From assembly GCA_963727625.1 (NCBI GenBank), contig CAVSHR010000004.1:1536001-1600000 (forward strand): a DNA stretch of 64,000 nt. The letters run 5' to 3'. Position 1 is the first letter of the stretch. The number at the start of each line of letters is the position of its first letter. Below the pieces are notes generated by a model. The model made no database searches, was not told the origin of the DNA, and was given only the letters and a program-made list of their open reading frames with translations. Below are positions 28,968-43,462 of the stretch, piece by piece. Position numbers and translations under genes: made by a program. The stretch is from an uncultured delta proteobacterium (GTDB taxonomy: Bacteria > Desulfobacterota > Binatia > UBA9968).

Positions 28968-31900
28968 GAGATTAGCGAGTGGAAACTGACGCGCGGTCCG
29001 AACAACCTGCCGACCATTGCTTCAAGTTCCGGCGACGGCGAGATGCGAACCTGTTCGGGCAGCTCGATGACCGTTTCACCATTGGCTGGCGCACGCAAAT
29101 GGAGAAAAACCGTGTGCCGTCCCGGAAAATCAAGCAGAGTGTCGCGCAGACGGACCAGCTCATCGGGCGACACTTCGTTCTCGCGCACGTAGAGGTCGAT
29201 CTTTTCAGCGGCGCCGTTGGCAACGGCGTTTTTGGAGTTTTTCGCCGCGTCGGCCAATGCCGTCACCTCGTTGGCGATCACTTGAATCCGCTCTTCGCCC
29301 ACTTCCATTTTACCCTTCACGTAAATCGGATCGTCGGCGCTGAGCAGCTCGGCGCATTTTTTGTAGGTTTCCGGCCATGTGATGACTTCGATAAAGCCGG
29401 TCTTGTCTTCGAGATTGAAACTGCCGTAACGGTCGCCTTTCTTGGTGTTGCGCAGGCGCAATGCAGAAACCACGCCACCGATCCTCACCTCGCCCGCAAG
29501 CGCTTTCTCTTTGAGTGCGGCAATCGTGCCGCCGCTGATCTTTTTGAGCACGCGGTCGTATTTGTCGAGCGGATGGCCGGTGATGTAAAAACCGAGCGCT
29601 TCTTTTTCAAAGGCCAGCGCTTCCTGCTGTGACCATTCGTTGACTGTCGGATAGGCCTCACCGGCTTTCTTCGCGCCTTTGCTCGGCGCGCCGAGCATGC
29701 CGAAGATGTCGATCTGATTGCTTGCCTGGTCGCGCTGGTGCGCCTGGCCGACCTTCATGGCGTCGTCCAATGCGCCCGTCATGCGCGCCCGCGAAACCTG
29801 CGTGGAATCGAACGCGCCGCACTTGATCAAGCTTTCGATCACCCTCCGGTTGACCGCCGCCATATCGACGCGCCGGCAAAAATCAAAAAGCGATTCGAAG
29901 GGGCCGTCCTTGTTACGGCTCTGGAGAATCATTTCGACCGCTTTTTCACCGACATTTTTCACGCCGGCCAGTCCGAATCGAATCTTGTCGCCCACCGGCG
30001 TAAAATCGGAGAGGCTCTCGTTGATGTCCGGTGCCAGCACCTCGATGTCTTTATCACGGCACTCGGCGAGATTCTTGATGACCTTGTCGGTATCGCCCAT
30101 TTCGGAAGTCAAAAGCGCCGCCATGAACTCGACCGGGTAGTGGGTCTTCAAATATGCCGTCTGATAGGAAACCAGCGCGTAAGCCGCCGAGTGCGACTTG
30201 TTAAACCCGTAGCGCGCGAAGGTTTCCATCTGATCGAAGATTTCCGTAGCTTTTTTCTCGTCGATCTTTTTCGCCACGGCGCCGCTGACGAAGCGCTCGC
30301 GCTGCGCCGCCATTTCTTCCGGATCTTTTTTGCCCATGGCACGGCGCAGGATATCGGCTTCGCCCATGGTATAACCGGCCAGGATTTGCGCCGTCTGCAT
30401 CACCTGCTCCTGGTACACGATAACGCCGTAGGTGTCTGTTAAAATCGGCTCGAGCAGCGAGTGTAAATATTTGACTTTCTCTTTGCCGTTTTTACGCTTG
30501 ATATAGTCGTCTGCCATGCCGCTATCGAGCGGACCCGGCCGGTAGAGCGCAAGAATCGCGACCAGATCCTCGAAACTGCTGGGCCGGATTTTTACGGTCA
30601 TCTCTCGGATACCCGTGCTTTCCAGCTGGAACACACCGGTGGTATTGCCCTGACAAAGCGTCCGATACGTTTTTTTGTCGTCGAGCCGTAGATGCTCGAG
30701 ATCGACCTTAACGCCACGAGTGATTTCTATGAGCTTTAGGCAATCATGAAGCAGCGTGAGCGTCTTGAGGCCGAGAAAGTCGAACTTCACCAGACCAATT
30801 TTCTCCACCCAGCTCATTTCGTATTGGGTGACGATGCCGCCTTCTTTATCGACAAACAACGGCAAATGATCGACCAGCGGAAGATTGGAGAGGACGACAC
30901 CGGCGGCGTGGGTCGAAGCGTGGCGCACCAACCCTTCCAAGCGCAAAGCATGATCCATCAGGGTCTTTACCCGGGGATCGTTCTTCATCAGCTCGGGTAG
31001 GCGAGGTTCCATTTTTATCGCTTCGGTCAGCGGATAGTCAAAACCCTGCTTGGGCGCGGGAATCAGTTTGGCAATCGCGTCAGTTTCGGCAAAGGAAAGA
31101 CCGATGGCGCGGCCGACGTCTCTAATGGCCGCCTTTGCTTTGAGGGTTCCGAAAGTGGCGATCTGCGCAACACGGTCCGCGCCATATTTGTCTTTGACAT
31201 ATTGAATCACCTGGGCTCGGCCGCGGATACAAAAATCCACGTCGATATCGGGCATTGACTTGCGCTCGGGATTGAGAAAACGCTCAAACAGTAGGACGTG
31301 GCGGATCGGATCGAGGTCGGTGATGCGCAGCGCGTAGGCCACCAGGCTTCCGGCGGACGAGCCGCGACCGGGGCCCACGGGAATGCCGTTACGTTTGGCG
31401 TAATTAATGAAATCGGCGACCACCAAAAAATAGCCGGGAAACTGCATGTCCTTGATCACGCGCAGCTCGTATTCCAGCCGCGCCAAGTAGGTTTTTCGCA
31501 CCTCCGGGTCAGTGACGCCTCCGAGGCGTTCATCCAAGCCCTGGTGCGCCAGTTCGTCCAGGTAGTCGCCGAGACTGATCTGCTTCGGCGGGGTAAATGT
31601 CGGGAAGTGATATTTGCCGAATTCGATTTCGAGATTGCAGCGGTCCGCGATTTCCAGAGACCGCTCCACAGCGCCCGGGCAGTAGTCGAACCCGCGCATC
31701 ATCTCTTCGGCGGACTTTAAAAAGAGCTCGTCGGTTTCCAACTTTAGACGGTTTTCGTCATTGACCGTTTTTCCGGTCTGGACGCACAGCAACACGTCGT
31801 GGGCATGAAAATCGTCGCGCTCGCCGTAGTGGCAGTCGTTGGTTGCAACCACCGGAATCGAAACTTCCTTGGCCAAATCGATCAACAGCCGGTTAACTTT

Positions 31901-32464
31901 CTCCTGCTCCGGCAACTTGTTGTCCTGGATCTCGATATAGTAGCGGTCGCCGAAGATCGACGCGTATTGCTCCACGGCCGCTTTGGCCTTCTCGTAATTG
32001 CCGTAGTTGAGCGCCTGTGAGACTTCTCCCTGCAGGCAGGCACTCAAAGCGATGAGCCCGCCATTGAGCTCTGTGAGCAACTCCTTGTCGATGCGCGGCT
32101 TGTAGTAGAAACCCTCCATGTAGCCAAAGGAGACAAGCTTGCAAAGATTGCGGTAGCCCTCTTGGTTCATCGCCAAAAGAATTAAGTGATTGTTGTATTC
32201 CTTGGGCCCTTTGTCGACGCCCTTTTTCTCGAAGCGGCTGGTCGGCGCGACGTAGATTTCGCAACCGATGATCGGCTTGATGCCGTGGCTCATCGCCTCG
32301 CGGTAAAACTCGATGGCGCCGAACATGTTGCCATGGTCGGTCATGGCCACCGCCGGCTGTTTCAGCGCCTTGATACGCTCGAACATTTTGTCGACTTTAT
32401 TGGCGCCGTCCAGCAGGCTGTACTCGGTATGGCAGTGTAAATGAACGAAACGAGAGTGCTCCAT
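28964..32464 (-). CDS. dnaE: DNA polymerase III alpha subunit
   Basis: [41 protein letters not shown]. Confidence 0.98.
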   Translation of the reverse strand: MEHSRFVHLHCHTEYSLLDGANKVDKMFERIKALKQPAVAMTDHGNMFGAIEFYREAMSHGIKPIIGCEIYVAPTSRFEKKGVDKGPKEYNNHLILLAMNQEGYRNLCKLVSFGYMEGFYYKPRIDKELLTELNGGLIALSACLQGEVSQALNYGNYEKAKAAVEQYASIFGDRYYIEIQDNKLPEQEKVNRLLIDLAKEVSIPVVATNDCHYGERDDFHAHDVLLCVQTGKTVNDENRLKLETDELFLKSAEEMMRGFDYCPGAVERSLEIADRCNLEIEFGKYHFPTFTPPKQISLGDYLDELAHQGLDERLGGVTDPEVRKTYLARLEYELRVIKDMQFPGYFLVVADFINYAKRNGIPVGPGRGSSAGSLVAYALRITDLDPIRHVLLFERFLNPERKSMPDIDVDFCIRGRAQVIQYVKDKYGADRVAQIATFGTLKAKAAIRDVGRAIGLSFAETDAIAKLIPAPKQGFDYPLTEAIKMEPRLPELMKNDPRVKTLMDHALRLEGLVRHASTHAAGVVLSNLPLVDHLPLFVDKEGGIVTQYEMSWVEKIGLVKFDFLGLKTLTLLHDCLKLIEITRGVKVDLEHLRLDDKKTYRTLCQGNTTGVFQLESTGIREMTVKIRPSSFEDLVAILALYRPGPLDSGMADDYIKRKNGKEKVKYLHSLLEPILTDTYGVIVYQEQVMQTAQILAGYTMGEADILRRAMGKKDPEEMAAQRERFVSGAVAKKIDEKKATEIFDQMETFARYGFNKSHSAAYALVSYQTAYLKTHYPVEFMAALLTSEMGDTDKVIKNLAECRDKDIEVLAPDINESLSDFTPVGDKIRFGLAGVKNVGEKAVEMILQSRNKDGPFESLFDFCRRVDMAAVNRRVIESLIKCGAFDSTQVSRARMTGALDDAMKVGQAHQRDQASNQIDIFGMLGAPSKGAKKAGEAYPTVNEWSQQEALAFEKEALGFYITGHPLDKYDRVLKKISGGTIAALKEKALAGEVRIGGVVSALRLRNTKKGDRYGSFNLEDKTGFIEVITWPETYKKCAELLSADDPIYVKGKMEVGEERIQVIANEVTALADAAKNSKNAVANGAAEKIDLYVRENEVSPDELVRLRDTLLDFPGRHTVFLHLRAPANGETVIELPEQVRISPSPELEAMVGRLFGPRVSFHSLIS

Positions 32465-32526
32465 TGCAGTAATCAATCAACTATCACAAAGTCGACGGCG
32501 CGACAAATCTTTGATGAAATTTTACG

Positions 32527-32955
32527 TCACCACTTATCCACAGGTCGGGGCCATAAACCGGCGGCGATGAAGTCTTCCAGTATGCGGCCTAAAATGTTGG
32601 CGAACCTGAAACTGAAACGCTCTTGTTGCGTTATGCTTGCGAGCCGCTGTCCCTCGTAGAGCGTGAGCTCATCGGGGAGGGAATTGATTTCACCGCTGTA
32701 GATAAACTTGCGGTTCGGATAGACGTCGCCTTCGAGGCATTCATAGCTCCGAAAAAACCGGCAGCGGGGTAAGTCCAGACCCAGCTCTTCTTTAAGTTCA
32801 CGCGCAAAAGCCTGCTCCGGCGTCTCCCCCGCTTCGACGTGACCACCGAAAAAATCCCAGTGATTGGGGAACGGAATTTCCGGGTTGTCATCGCGCAGAT
32901 AGATCAGCAACTTCTTACTGCGGTCGAACAAAAGAATCTGCGCGATTTGTCTCAT
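32527..32955 (-). CDS. NUDIX hydrolase
   Basis: Nudix box GGHVEAGETPEQAFARELKEELG; LRDDNPEIPFPNHW. Confidence 0.92.
   Translation of the reverse strand: MRQIAQILLFDRSKKLLIYLRDDNPEIPFPNHWDFFGGHVEAGETPEQAFARELKEELGLDLPRCRFFRSYECLEGDVYPNRKFIYSGEINSLPDELTLYEGQRLASITQQERFSFRFANILGRILEDFIAAGLWPRPVDKW
32534..32542. promoter_or_regulatory. Perfect DnaA box upstream of dnaE
   Basis: TTATCCACA about 70 nt upstream of the dnaE ATG. Confidence 0.45.
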
Positions 32956-33010
32956 AAGAACCAAGGATGCAAAAATTCCCGGCGCTGACGGCAAACCCGC
33001 TCCGGCAGAA

Positions 33011-33793
33011 TCAGCCGGGCTCTCGCTCTCCGAAAAACCACCGTCGTTTCATGCGCGCGCCGTAGGTCAGGCCGAAGCGCCGTTTGGCGACTTCGGTAAT
33101 CGCCTCGACCGCCTCTTCGGCAGAGTCGGTGACGATCAAGCGATCGAGATCGGCTGGATCGATGGTTCGTTCCTGAACCAACCGCCGGGCCATAAAATCA
33201 ATCAATGGACGCCAGAATTCCTTGCCAAGGAGCACCAGGGGAAATTCGCGAATCTTGGCCGTTTGGATCAAAGTCGCGGTTTCAAAAATCTCATCCAACG
33301 TCCCAAAACCGCCCGGCAAGGCGATAAAAGCATATGAATATTTAACCAGCATGACTTTACGGACGAAAAAATAGCGGAAGGTGATCCACTGGTCCAGATA
33401 GGGATTGGGTTTCTGTTCTTTAGGAAGCTGGATATTGCAACCGATGGAGCGGCCGCCGGCTTCCTTGGCGCCGCGGTTCGCCGCCTCCATCACGCCGGGG
33501 CCGCCGCCGGTCATGACCGTGAAACCGGCCTTGGCCAAGCCGGCGCCGGTTTTGCGCGCGAGCTCGTAGCACAAATGTTTTTCACCGAAGCGCGCCGAAC
33601 CGAAAACCGTGACGCAGGGTCCAACGAAATGGAGCGCGCGAAAACCGCGGAGGAACTCGAAAAAAATTCGCGTCGCGCGCATCAGCTCGGCGCCGCGCCT
33701 TTGCGGTCCTTCGAGAAAACGCACCACTTCCGGCGCGCCGGGCGTCACGCCCCAGCCGTCAATCGCTATGATCTCATCGTTATCTGTCGTCAT
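33011..33793 (-). CDS. LOG-family nucleotide monophosphate nucleosidase
   Basis: VTVFGSAR, TGGGPGVMEAAN, YFFVRKVM, PGGFGTLDE. Confidence 0.93.
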   Translation of the reverse strand: MTTDNDEIIAIDGWGVTPGAPEVVRFLEGPQRRGAELMRATRIFFEFLRGFRALHFVGPCVTVFGSARFGEKHLCYELARKTGAGLAKAGFTVMTGGGPGVMEAANRGAKEAGGRSIGCNIQLPKEQKPNPYLDQWITFRYFFVRKVMLVKYSYAFIALPGGFGTLDEIFETATLIQTAKIREFPLVLLGKEFWRPLIDFMARRLVQERTIDPADLDRLIVTDSAEEAVEAITEVAKRRFGLTYGARMKRRWFFGEREPG

Positions 33794-33862
33794 GAGCCGA
33801 CATCATCGCCCATTCAATGAGCCGGTTCAACGACTCTGGATTGGTATGAAGATCGGGAAGGC

Positions 33863-36861
<2,999 letters not shown>

Positions 36862-36879
36862 TTACCTCCGAGCGAGGCT

Positions 36880-36911
36880 AAAAAAAAACCCAGACCTGGG
36901 CCTGGGTTTTT
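36880..36911 (-). terminator. Intrinsic terminator inside the guaB 5' leader (candidate attenuator)
   Basis: Minus strand reads AAAAACCCAGGC-CCAG-GTCTGGG-T9, between the promoter and the GGAGGT RBS of guaB. Confidence 0.8.
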
Positions 36912-36946
36912 GCTGCTGCTCAAATGTCTACAAGCAAACATGGAAT

Positions 36947-36975
36947 CTTATACCAGGAAAATTTTCCGGCGGCAA
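36947..36975 (-). promoter_or_regulatory. Sigma70-type guaB promoter
   Basis: TTGCCG, 17 nt spacer, TATAAG; the spacer contains the palindrome GGAAAATTTTCC. Confidence 0.6.
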
Positions 36976-37028
36976 GAACGATCGATATTGAGACAGCGAT
37001 TTCAATATGATAGCAACAATCTCCGACT

Positions 37029-37262
37029 ATGCCGTTATACGAATACGAATGCGCCAAGGGGCACCGCTTCGAGGCGATCCAGAAGATCAGCGACAGACCG
37101 CTAAAACGCTGCGAAGTTTGCAGTGCCGCCGCGAAACGGTCGATCTCCCAGCCGACACTATTGCACAACCGCGGCGTTCACGTATTCGACCGGGTGACCA
37201 AGGACGACGCCCTGCGCGCCCGCCCCTCCTCGCTCAAGTCATTCAAAAAAGACAAATTTTGA
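37029..37262 (+). CDS. FmdB-family zinc ribbon protein
   Basis: MPLYEYECAKGHRFEAIQKISD...CEVC. Confidence 0.9.
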   Translation: MPLYEYECAKGHRFEAIQKISDRPLKRCEVCSAAAKRSISQPTLLHNRGVHVFDRVTKDDALRARPSSLKSFKKDKF

Positions 37263-37267
37263 CGAAT

Positions 37268-37335
37268 TTTTCCTTGGCGATCTTTGCCCCTTTGCGCGAG
37301 ACGAGCCCCGGAATTTTTTCGCGCCACCACGCCGA
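37268..37335. repeat. REP-like intergenic palindromic element
   Basis: CTTGGCGATCTTTGCCCCTTTGCGCGAGA ... TTTCGCGC...ACGCCGAGGCCGCAA imperfect inverted arms. Confidence 0.45.
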
Positions 37336-37462
37336 GGCCGCAATGATTATTTACACTTACGAGACCAAACCTCCCCATTAGCCTCGATCATCGATCGTCG
37401 ACCTAATTCCGGTTGTGATTCCGACAGGCCTTTGATAGCGTACGGCGGCTTCACACCTTTCT

Positions 37463-38986
<1,524 letters not shown>

Positions 38987-39197
38987 AATCGAAACGAGAC
39001 CAACCGTAAGAATTTACTCAGCCATTGGATAACCATATTCAATCAAATGCAGATGCATGACCGATGGGCAGGCTAGGCTTAGAGAAGAGGCATTCGCCTC
39101 GGCCAAAGTCCTGTTATTTAGCTAATCGTCGCCGAGCTTGACCGCCGGCTGAGAAAGAACTAATTGGAGTCATGTTCACACCGACAGGAGATCGGAC

Positions 39198-40001
39198 ATG
39201 GCCTTACGAATCAAGGACTCGGAAATTTACGCCATTGATGCGCACTCTCATCTAGGCCGCCGCAGCACGCCCTTGGGTCACGGCATCGCGAGTTTTCTCG
39301 GTGACGACCTGGTGCGCGATCTGGACGACGCCGGCCTCGACTGCGCGGTGGCCTTTCCGCTGGGTGCTTCTTGCACCGATTATTCCGAAGCCAATCAGCT
39401 CATGGCCGAAGAAATGGCCAAATATCCGAAGCGGATTATCAGTTTCTGCCGCATTAATCCCAATTTCGGTCCGCAGGCTTCAGCGAAATCTCTCGATCAT
39501 TGCCTGGGCGCGCTGAAATTGAAAGGCATCAAGCTGCACCCGGAAATTGAGTTCTTCGATCCCAACGAGGCCGAGCTGATGGAGCCGATTTATGACGCGG
39601 CGCGCCGCTATCATGTGCCGATTATTTTTCACACCGGCATGTCGAGCAAAGCATCGCCTGGGGTGATCGCCGAACTCGCAGCCCGGCACAAAGATGTCCC
39701 GGTGATTCTCGGGCACATGGGCGTTTCCGAGTACGTAAAACTCGCGGTCGCCGTCGCGCGGCAGAACGACAACATATTTTTGGAAACCTCCGTCGTGGGT
39801 TGGATGCCGCTGCTTCTGGAAGCCTTCCGCGGCGTCGGCACCGGCAAGATCCTGTTCGGTTCCGATCATCCGTACAATCCACTGCCGATGGAAGTCGAGA
39901 AGATTGCAAAACACGTAACCAAGGCCGCCGGCCTCACCGGGGCGGACTTAAACAAGGTCTTCGCAGGTAACTTCCAGTCCATCCTGAAACATAGCCGGTA
40001 A
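39198..40001 (+). CDS. Amidohydrolase (Amidohydro_2) family metallohydrolase
   Basis: DAHSH, IKLHPE, FHTG, GHMG, FGSDHP; AGGAG RBS. Confidence 0.9.
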   Translation: MALRIKDSEIYAIDAHSHLGRRSTPLGHGIASFLGDDLVRDLDDAGLDCAVAFPLGASCTDYSEANQLMAEEMAKYPKRIISFCRINPNFGPQASAKSLDHCLGALKLKGIKLHPEIEFFDPNEAELMEPIYDAARRYHVPIIFHTGMSSKASPGVIAELAARHKDVPVILGHMGVSEYVKLAVAVARQNDNIFLETSVVGWMPLLLEAFRGVGTGKILFGSDHPYNPLPMEVEKIAKHVTKAAGLTGADLNKVFAGNFQSILKHSR

Positions 40002-40165
40002 GTGCGATGGTTCAATGCTCGCCGGTTCTTCTGAACCCTCCGCGCCGCCGAGACAAAATCGTGGCGCAACCAGCAAGGGGGAAGCCTTCCAGACTCGACA
40101 CTCGGCGCTCGCACCAGCGAAAACCATCCTAAAGAAACCGCAACGAATCGGCATGCCAGGAATCA

Positions 40166-40414
40166 TCAACTCGCCGAACTATTGAATCGAACGTGGAGGA
40201 GGGAGGCTTTTTTTCTGACGTAGACCATAACGTCCGAAGGACTGGTTTTCACTTTCAGCCATTTGCCTTTCGAAGGTACCGCGCAGATCTGGGCCTTCGA
40301 AGCCGCAGCGAAACGAGATTCCTCTCTCAGAGCCACCGCCCGGCGAGTTATTTGGCCTGGGCCGGGCTCCGGCCGATCGGTGCGCCTGACTGCGGTAGGT
40401 TTAGCGACCCCCAA
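40166..40414 (-). pseudogene. Possible remnant of a bacterial SH3-domain gene
   Basis: AVALREESRF...KGKWLKVKT...VYVRK resembles the SH3b pattern LR..P...GDWxKV...GYV, with an apparent internal loss. Confidence 0.35.
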
Positions 40415-40643
40415 CGTTTTTGGCTGGCTTCAAGTTGACCACTCGCGCAACCGAGAGAACAGCCACTCTAAAATCCCCGTCATCTAGTGACGTTTGGCAC
40501 CAAACATGGCGAATCTGCCTTCCGTCACAAGGTGGGAAAGAACGACGTCACAGCATGTAGAAAGAAATAGTCGGACGGTAGGCACGATTGATTGCATCGT
40601 CCGGGTGATCGGATATTCTAGCTTCACGGCGGGCCTCTCTGCG

Positions 40644-41171
40644 ATGGATTTAGATACGAGTCTCTTCTACACGATCAACGGCATAGCCGGTCATTGGCCA
40701 TGGCTTGACGAATTCATGCGGCTGGTCTCGCGCCCCGGAACGTTTTTTATCCCAGGATTGCTCGGGCTGTATTTTTGGTATAGCTGTAAAGGTGCTAAAG
40801 CACTCATCCAGGCGCTTTTGCTCGCCGCGCTAGTCATTGCCGTCGATGCGACCGGCTTCGCCATCAAGCAAGTGATCGCCCGGCCGCGTCCCTGCCAAGT
40901 ACTCCCCGGTGTCACTAGAGTCACCGGCTGCGGCCGGGCCTTTGGCTTTCCGTCGAATCATGCCGCCAATACCGCGGCCGCCGCGACCTTTTTCCAGTTG
41001 CTCTATCCGGGCACCGGATTGATCGCTTGGCCGCTGCTCGCGCTGATCGGCTTCAATCGCGTCTACGTCGGCGCCCACTACGCCACCGACGTGCTCGGCG
41101 GCTGGTTGATCGGCGCGCTCGGCGCCTGGCTCCTTGTCCACCTGCTACGCTCGCGCCATTGGCTCAATTAG
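40644..41171 (+). CDS. PAP2-family lipid phosphatase (LpxE/BcrC-like)
   Basis: KQVIARPRP, FPSNHA, NRVYVGAHYATDVLGG; hydrophobic segments. Confidence 0.9.
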   Translation: MDLDTSLFYTINGIAGHWPWLDEFMRLVSRPGTFFIPGLLGLYFWYSCKGAKALIQALLLAALVIAVDATGFAIKQVIARPRPCQVLPGVTRVTGCGRAFGFPSNHAANTAAAATFFQLLYPGTGLIAWPLLALIGFNRVYVGAHYATDVLGGWLIGALGAWLLVHLLRSRHWLN

Positions 41172-41333
41172 ACACGGCTGCTGATCCCTGAGCGGTGGGA
41201 TTGAGAAAAACGCCAGCTTGGCAGCGCTGACTTCTGCGACGCTAAAACGTTTTTTCGATGGCGGTTACCCAGGTGGCAAGTCAGAACAACACGCCGAGAC
41301 AACCGATCTCCGCCGCAAGAATCTGCTCGCCTG

Positions 41334-42284
41334 TCATTGAGCGCTTTTGTCCAGGCTGTTGAGCCCAGCGATCTTGCGTATCCGGTGCGGTTTCCAACGA
41401 TTATGCATCCACAGGTATTGCTCGGGACGGTCGCGGACCAGCAGCGTCAGCCGCCGGTCGAGTTCATGCGCGAGCCGCGGCAATTCATGATTCGGGTCCA
41501 ACGAAACATCCGGCCAGATAGGTTCGGCAATTTGAAAGTCAAAACGCCCCGACAAGGGTTGCCGATAACACGCTCCGACAACGATCGGCCGGTTACGCTG
41601 CAAGGCCAGCACCATCGGCAGGGGTGTCGTCAAGACGGACATGTTGCGGACGTCAAAGGCGAGGCTCGCGCTGGTTCGTTGATCGGCGAGAATACCAACG
41701 GAACGCCCGCGATCGAGAGCGCCGAGCAATGCCGGCAGCGCGTTCTTTTTGGCGACGAACAGCTCCGCTCCCGGCACGCGCTCGCGATCGAGCGGGCACA
41801 AGCGGCGTTGCAATGTGCCATTGCGCAGCGGATTGATCGGAATGGTCAACGGAATTTTCGCCGCAGCGAGAACATACGGCAGGATCGAATAGCTGCCGAT
41901 ATGCGCCGTAACAAAAATACAGCCTCCGGTATCCGAGTGCAGCTTGCTGATTTTTTACAGACTCGCCGAACCTTCAATCCATGAGTCGGGAAACCCGGCG
42001 GCCGCCTTGCCATCGGCGAAGAAGTGACGGAATCGAATGTTTTCGATGACTACTAGGGCCAAATTTGCGCTGCTGCGTCGCGCGACGACGCGGAGATCCC
42101 GCGGGGTTCTTTCACCGCTATAGAAACGGCGCAAATTATCCAGCGCAGCTTTGCGCCGCCGCGGCACGAGATAATACGCGCCTTGTCCGATGAGATAGGC
42201 GAGACCATTTAACACTGGCCACGGCGTCGAGCCCAGCGTGGGAGAAATAATCCCGGTCATCAGTGAGGCTAAACAGCGACTCAT
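41334..42284 (-). pseudogene. LpxL/HtrB-family acyltransferase with an in-frame TAA at 41955-41957
   Basis: The two ORF pieces share one frame: ...EGSASL*KISKLHSDTGGCIFVTAHIGSYS...GILADQ...RPEQYLWMHNRWK. Confidence 0.85.
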
Positions 42285-42370
42285 GACGCAAGCCCTATAG
42301 CGTTGTTCTGAAACGAGAAAAGCGTGTATTCAGTCGCACAACCATCGGCGCGGATGGGAAAAAATCGAAT

Positions 42371-43462
42371 TCAGAACTTCCAGCGATCATGCATCCAAAA
42401 ATATTGTTCCGGATTCTCGCGGATCAATCTTTCCATCCGCTGGTTCAACTCTCGCGTCAAACGGACGATTTCGCTGCGTTTGTCACGCGATGGTTCAGGC
42501 CACAGCGGTTCGGACAGCACTATTTCGTATGCTTCCAGACCTTTGCGCCGGCAACAGGCGCCGACGACAATCGGCCGATTACAGGCCAGCGATAACAGCG
42601 CGGGCACGGGCGTGGTCAAAGCAGGATATCCGAGAAAGTCCAGCGCTACGCCGCGAAGCGTGCGCTGGTCTGGCAATATCCCCACCGATCGACCCTGGTT
42701 AAGCGCCCTGCGCAAAGTGTGAAACGAATTTCGCCGCGGCACATAAATTTCAGCGCCCGGCCACGCTTCGCTGTTGAGCGGCCACCAACGGCGATGGATC
42801 TCTTGATTAGCCAGCTCGTGGACCGGCACCACCAACTGCACACCACCGGCGGAAAACAAGCTCGGCAGCGCGCTAAAATTTCCGATATGCGGCGATGCGA
42901 AGATACAGCCGCCGGTCTCTAGATGGATCGCCCGTGCTCGTTCCAACACGGAGTCCAAGTGCGCGATCCTTTTTCGCACCTCAGCCAAACCGCCGGGCCG
43001 CTGAGCTAAACCACGAAAGCGGTGAAACTCGATCACCGCCAAAAGCAGCGACACAAAACTTTTGCGTGCAATTGCTCTGATTTCCGGTTCCGTCTTTTGG
43101 CCGCGATAAATCATCCACAGGTTTTTGAGGGCGATCTTGCGCCGGCGCGTAGCCATCCAATAAGAAGAGCAACCAAAACCGCGCGCCATACGCGTCAGTT
43201 GTTTCATTTCCAGAGCGGACAACCGTCCCATCAACAGACAGGCCGATAAATATTCGAGCCTCCGTCGCAGGGAGCTCGCGGCCACCCGGGCCCTACGAAC
43301 CCGGCGCCGAGGTCTCGGCGAGCGCCGCAACACGGCCGGTGAGCTTGTGCTACTTCCAGGTGTCAATTTCATGGGGAGACACGGGCCCGCCGATCGGCAG
43401 CGATACATCGAACGGGTCGGTAAATTCGCTTCGCGGTTGTCGCACACGGAGCTTGGCGTCAT
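42371..43462 (-). CDS. LpxL/HtrB-family acyltransferase (start uncertain)
   Basis: IALKNL, SPHIGNF, GILPDQ, NPEQYFWMHDRWK. Confidence 0.9.
   Translation of the reverse strand: MTPSSVCDNREANLPTRSMYRCRSAGPCLPMKLTPGSSTSSPAVLRRSPRPRRRVRRARVAASSLRRRLEYLSACLLMGRLSALEMKQLTRMARGFGCSSYWMATRRRKIALKNLWMIYRGQKTEPEIRAIARKSFVSLLLAVIEFHRFRGLAQRPGGLAEVRKRIAHLDSVLERARAIHLETGGCIFASPHIGNFSALPSLFSAGGVQLVVPVHELANQEIHRRWWPLNSEAWPGAEIYVPRRNSFHTLRRALNQGRSVGILPDQRTLRGVALDFLGYPALTTPVPALLSLACNRPIVVGACCRRKGLEAYEIVLSEPLWPEPSRDKRSEIVRLTRELNQRMERLIRENPEQYFWMHDRWKF

Noticed and set aside
36880-36945. Canonical purine riboswitch upstream of guaB
   Set aside because: The leader is too short and lacks the three-way junction consensus; kept only as an unknown attenuator candidate.
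41955-41957. Stop-codon recoding (Sec/Pyl or alternative code) in the acyltransferase
   Set aside because: The codon is TAA, which terminates many other genes here; no recoding signal is visible.
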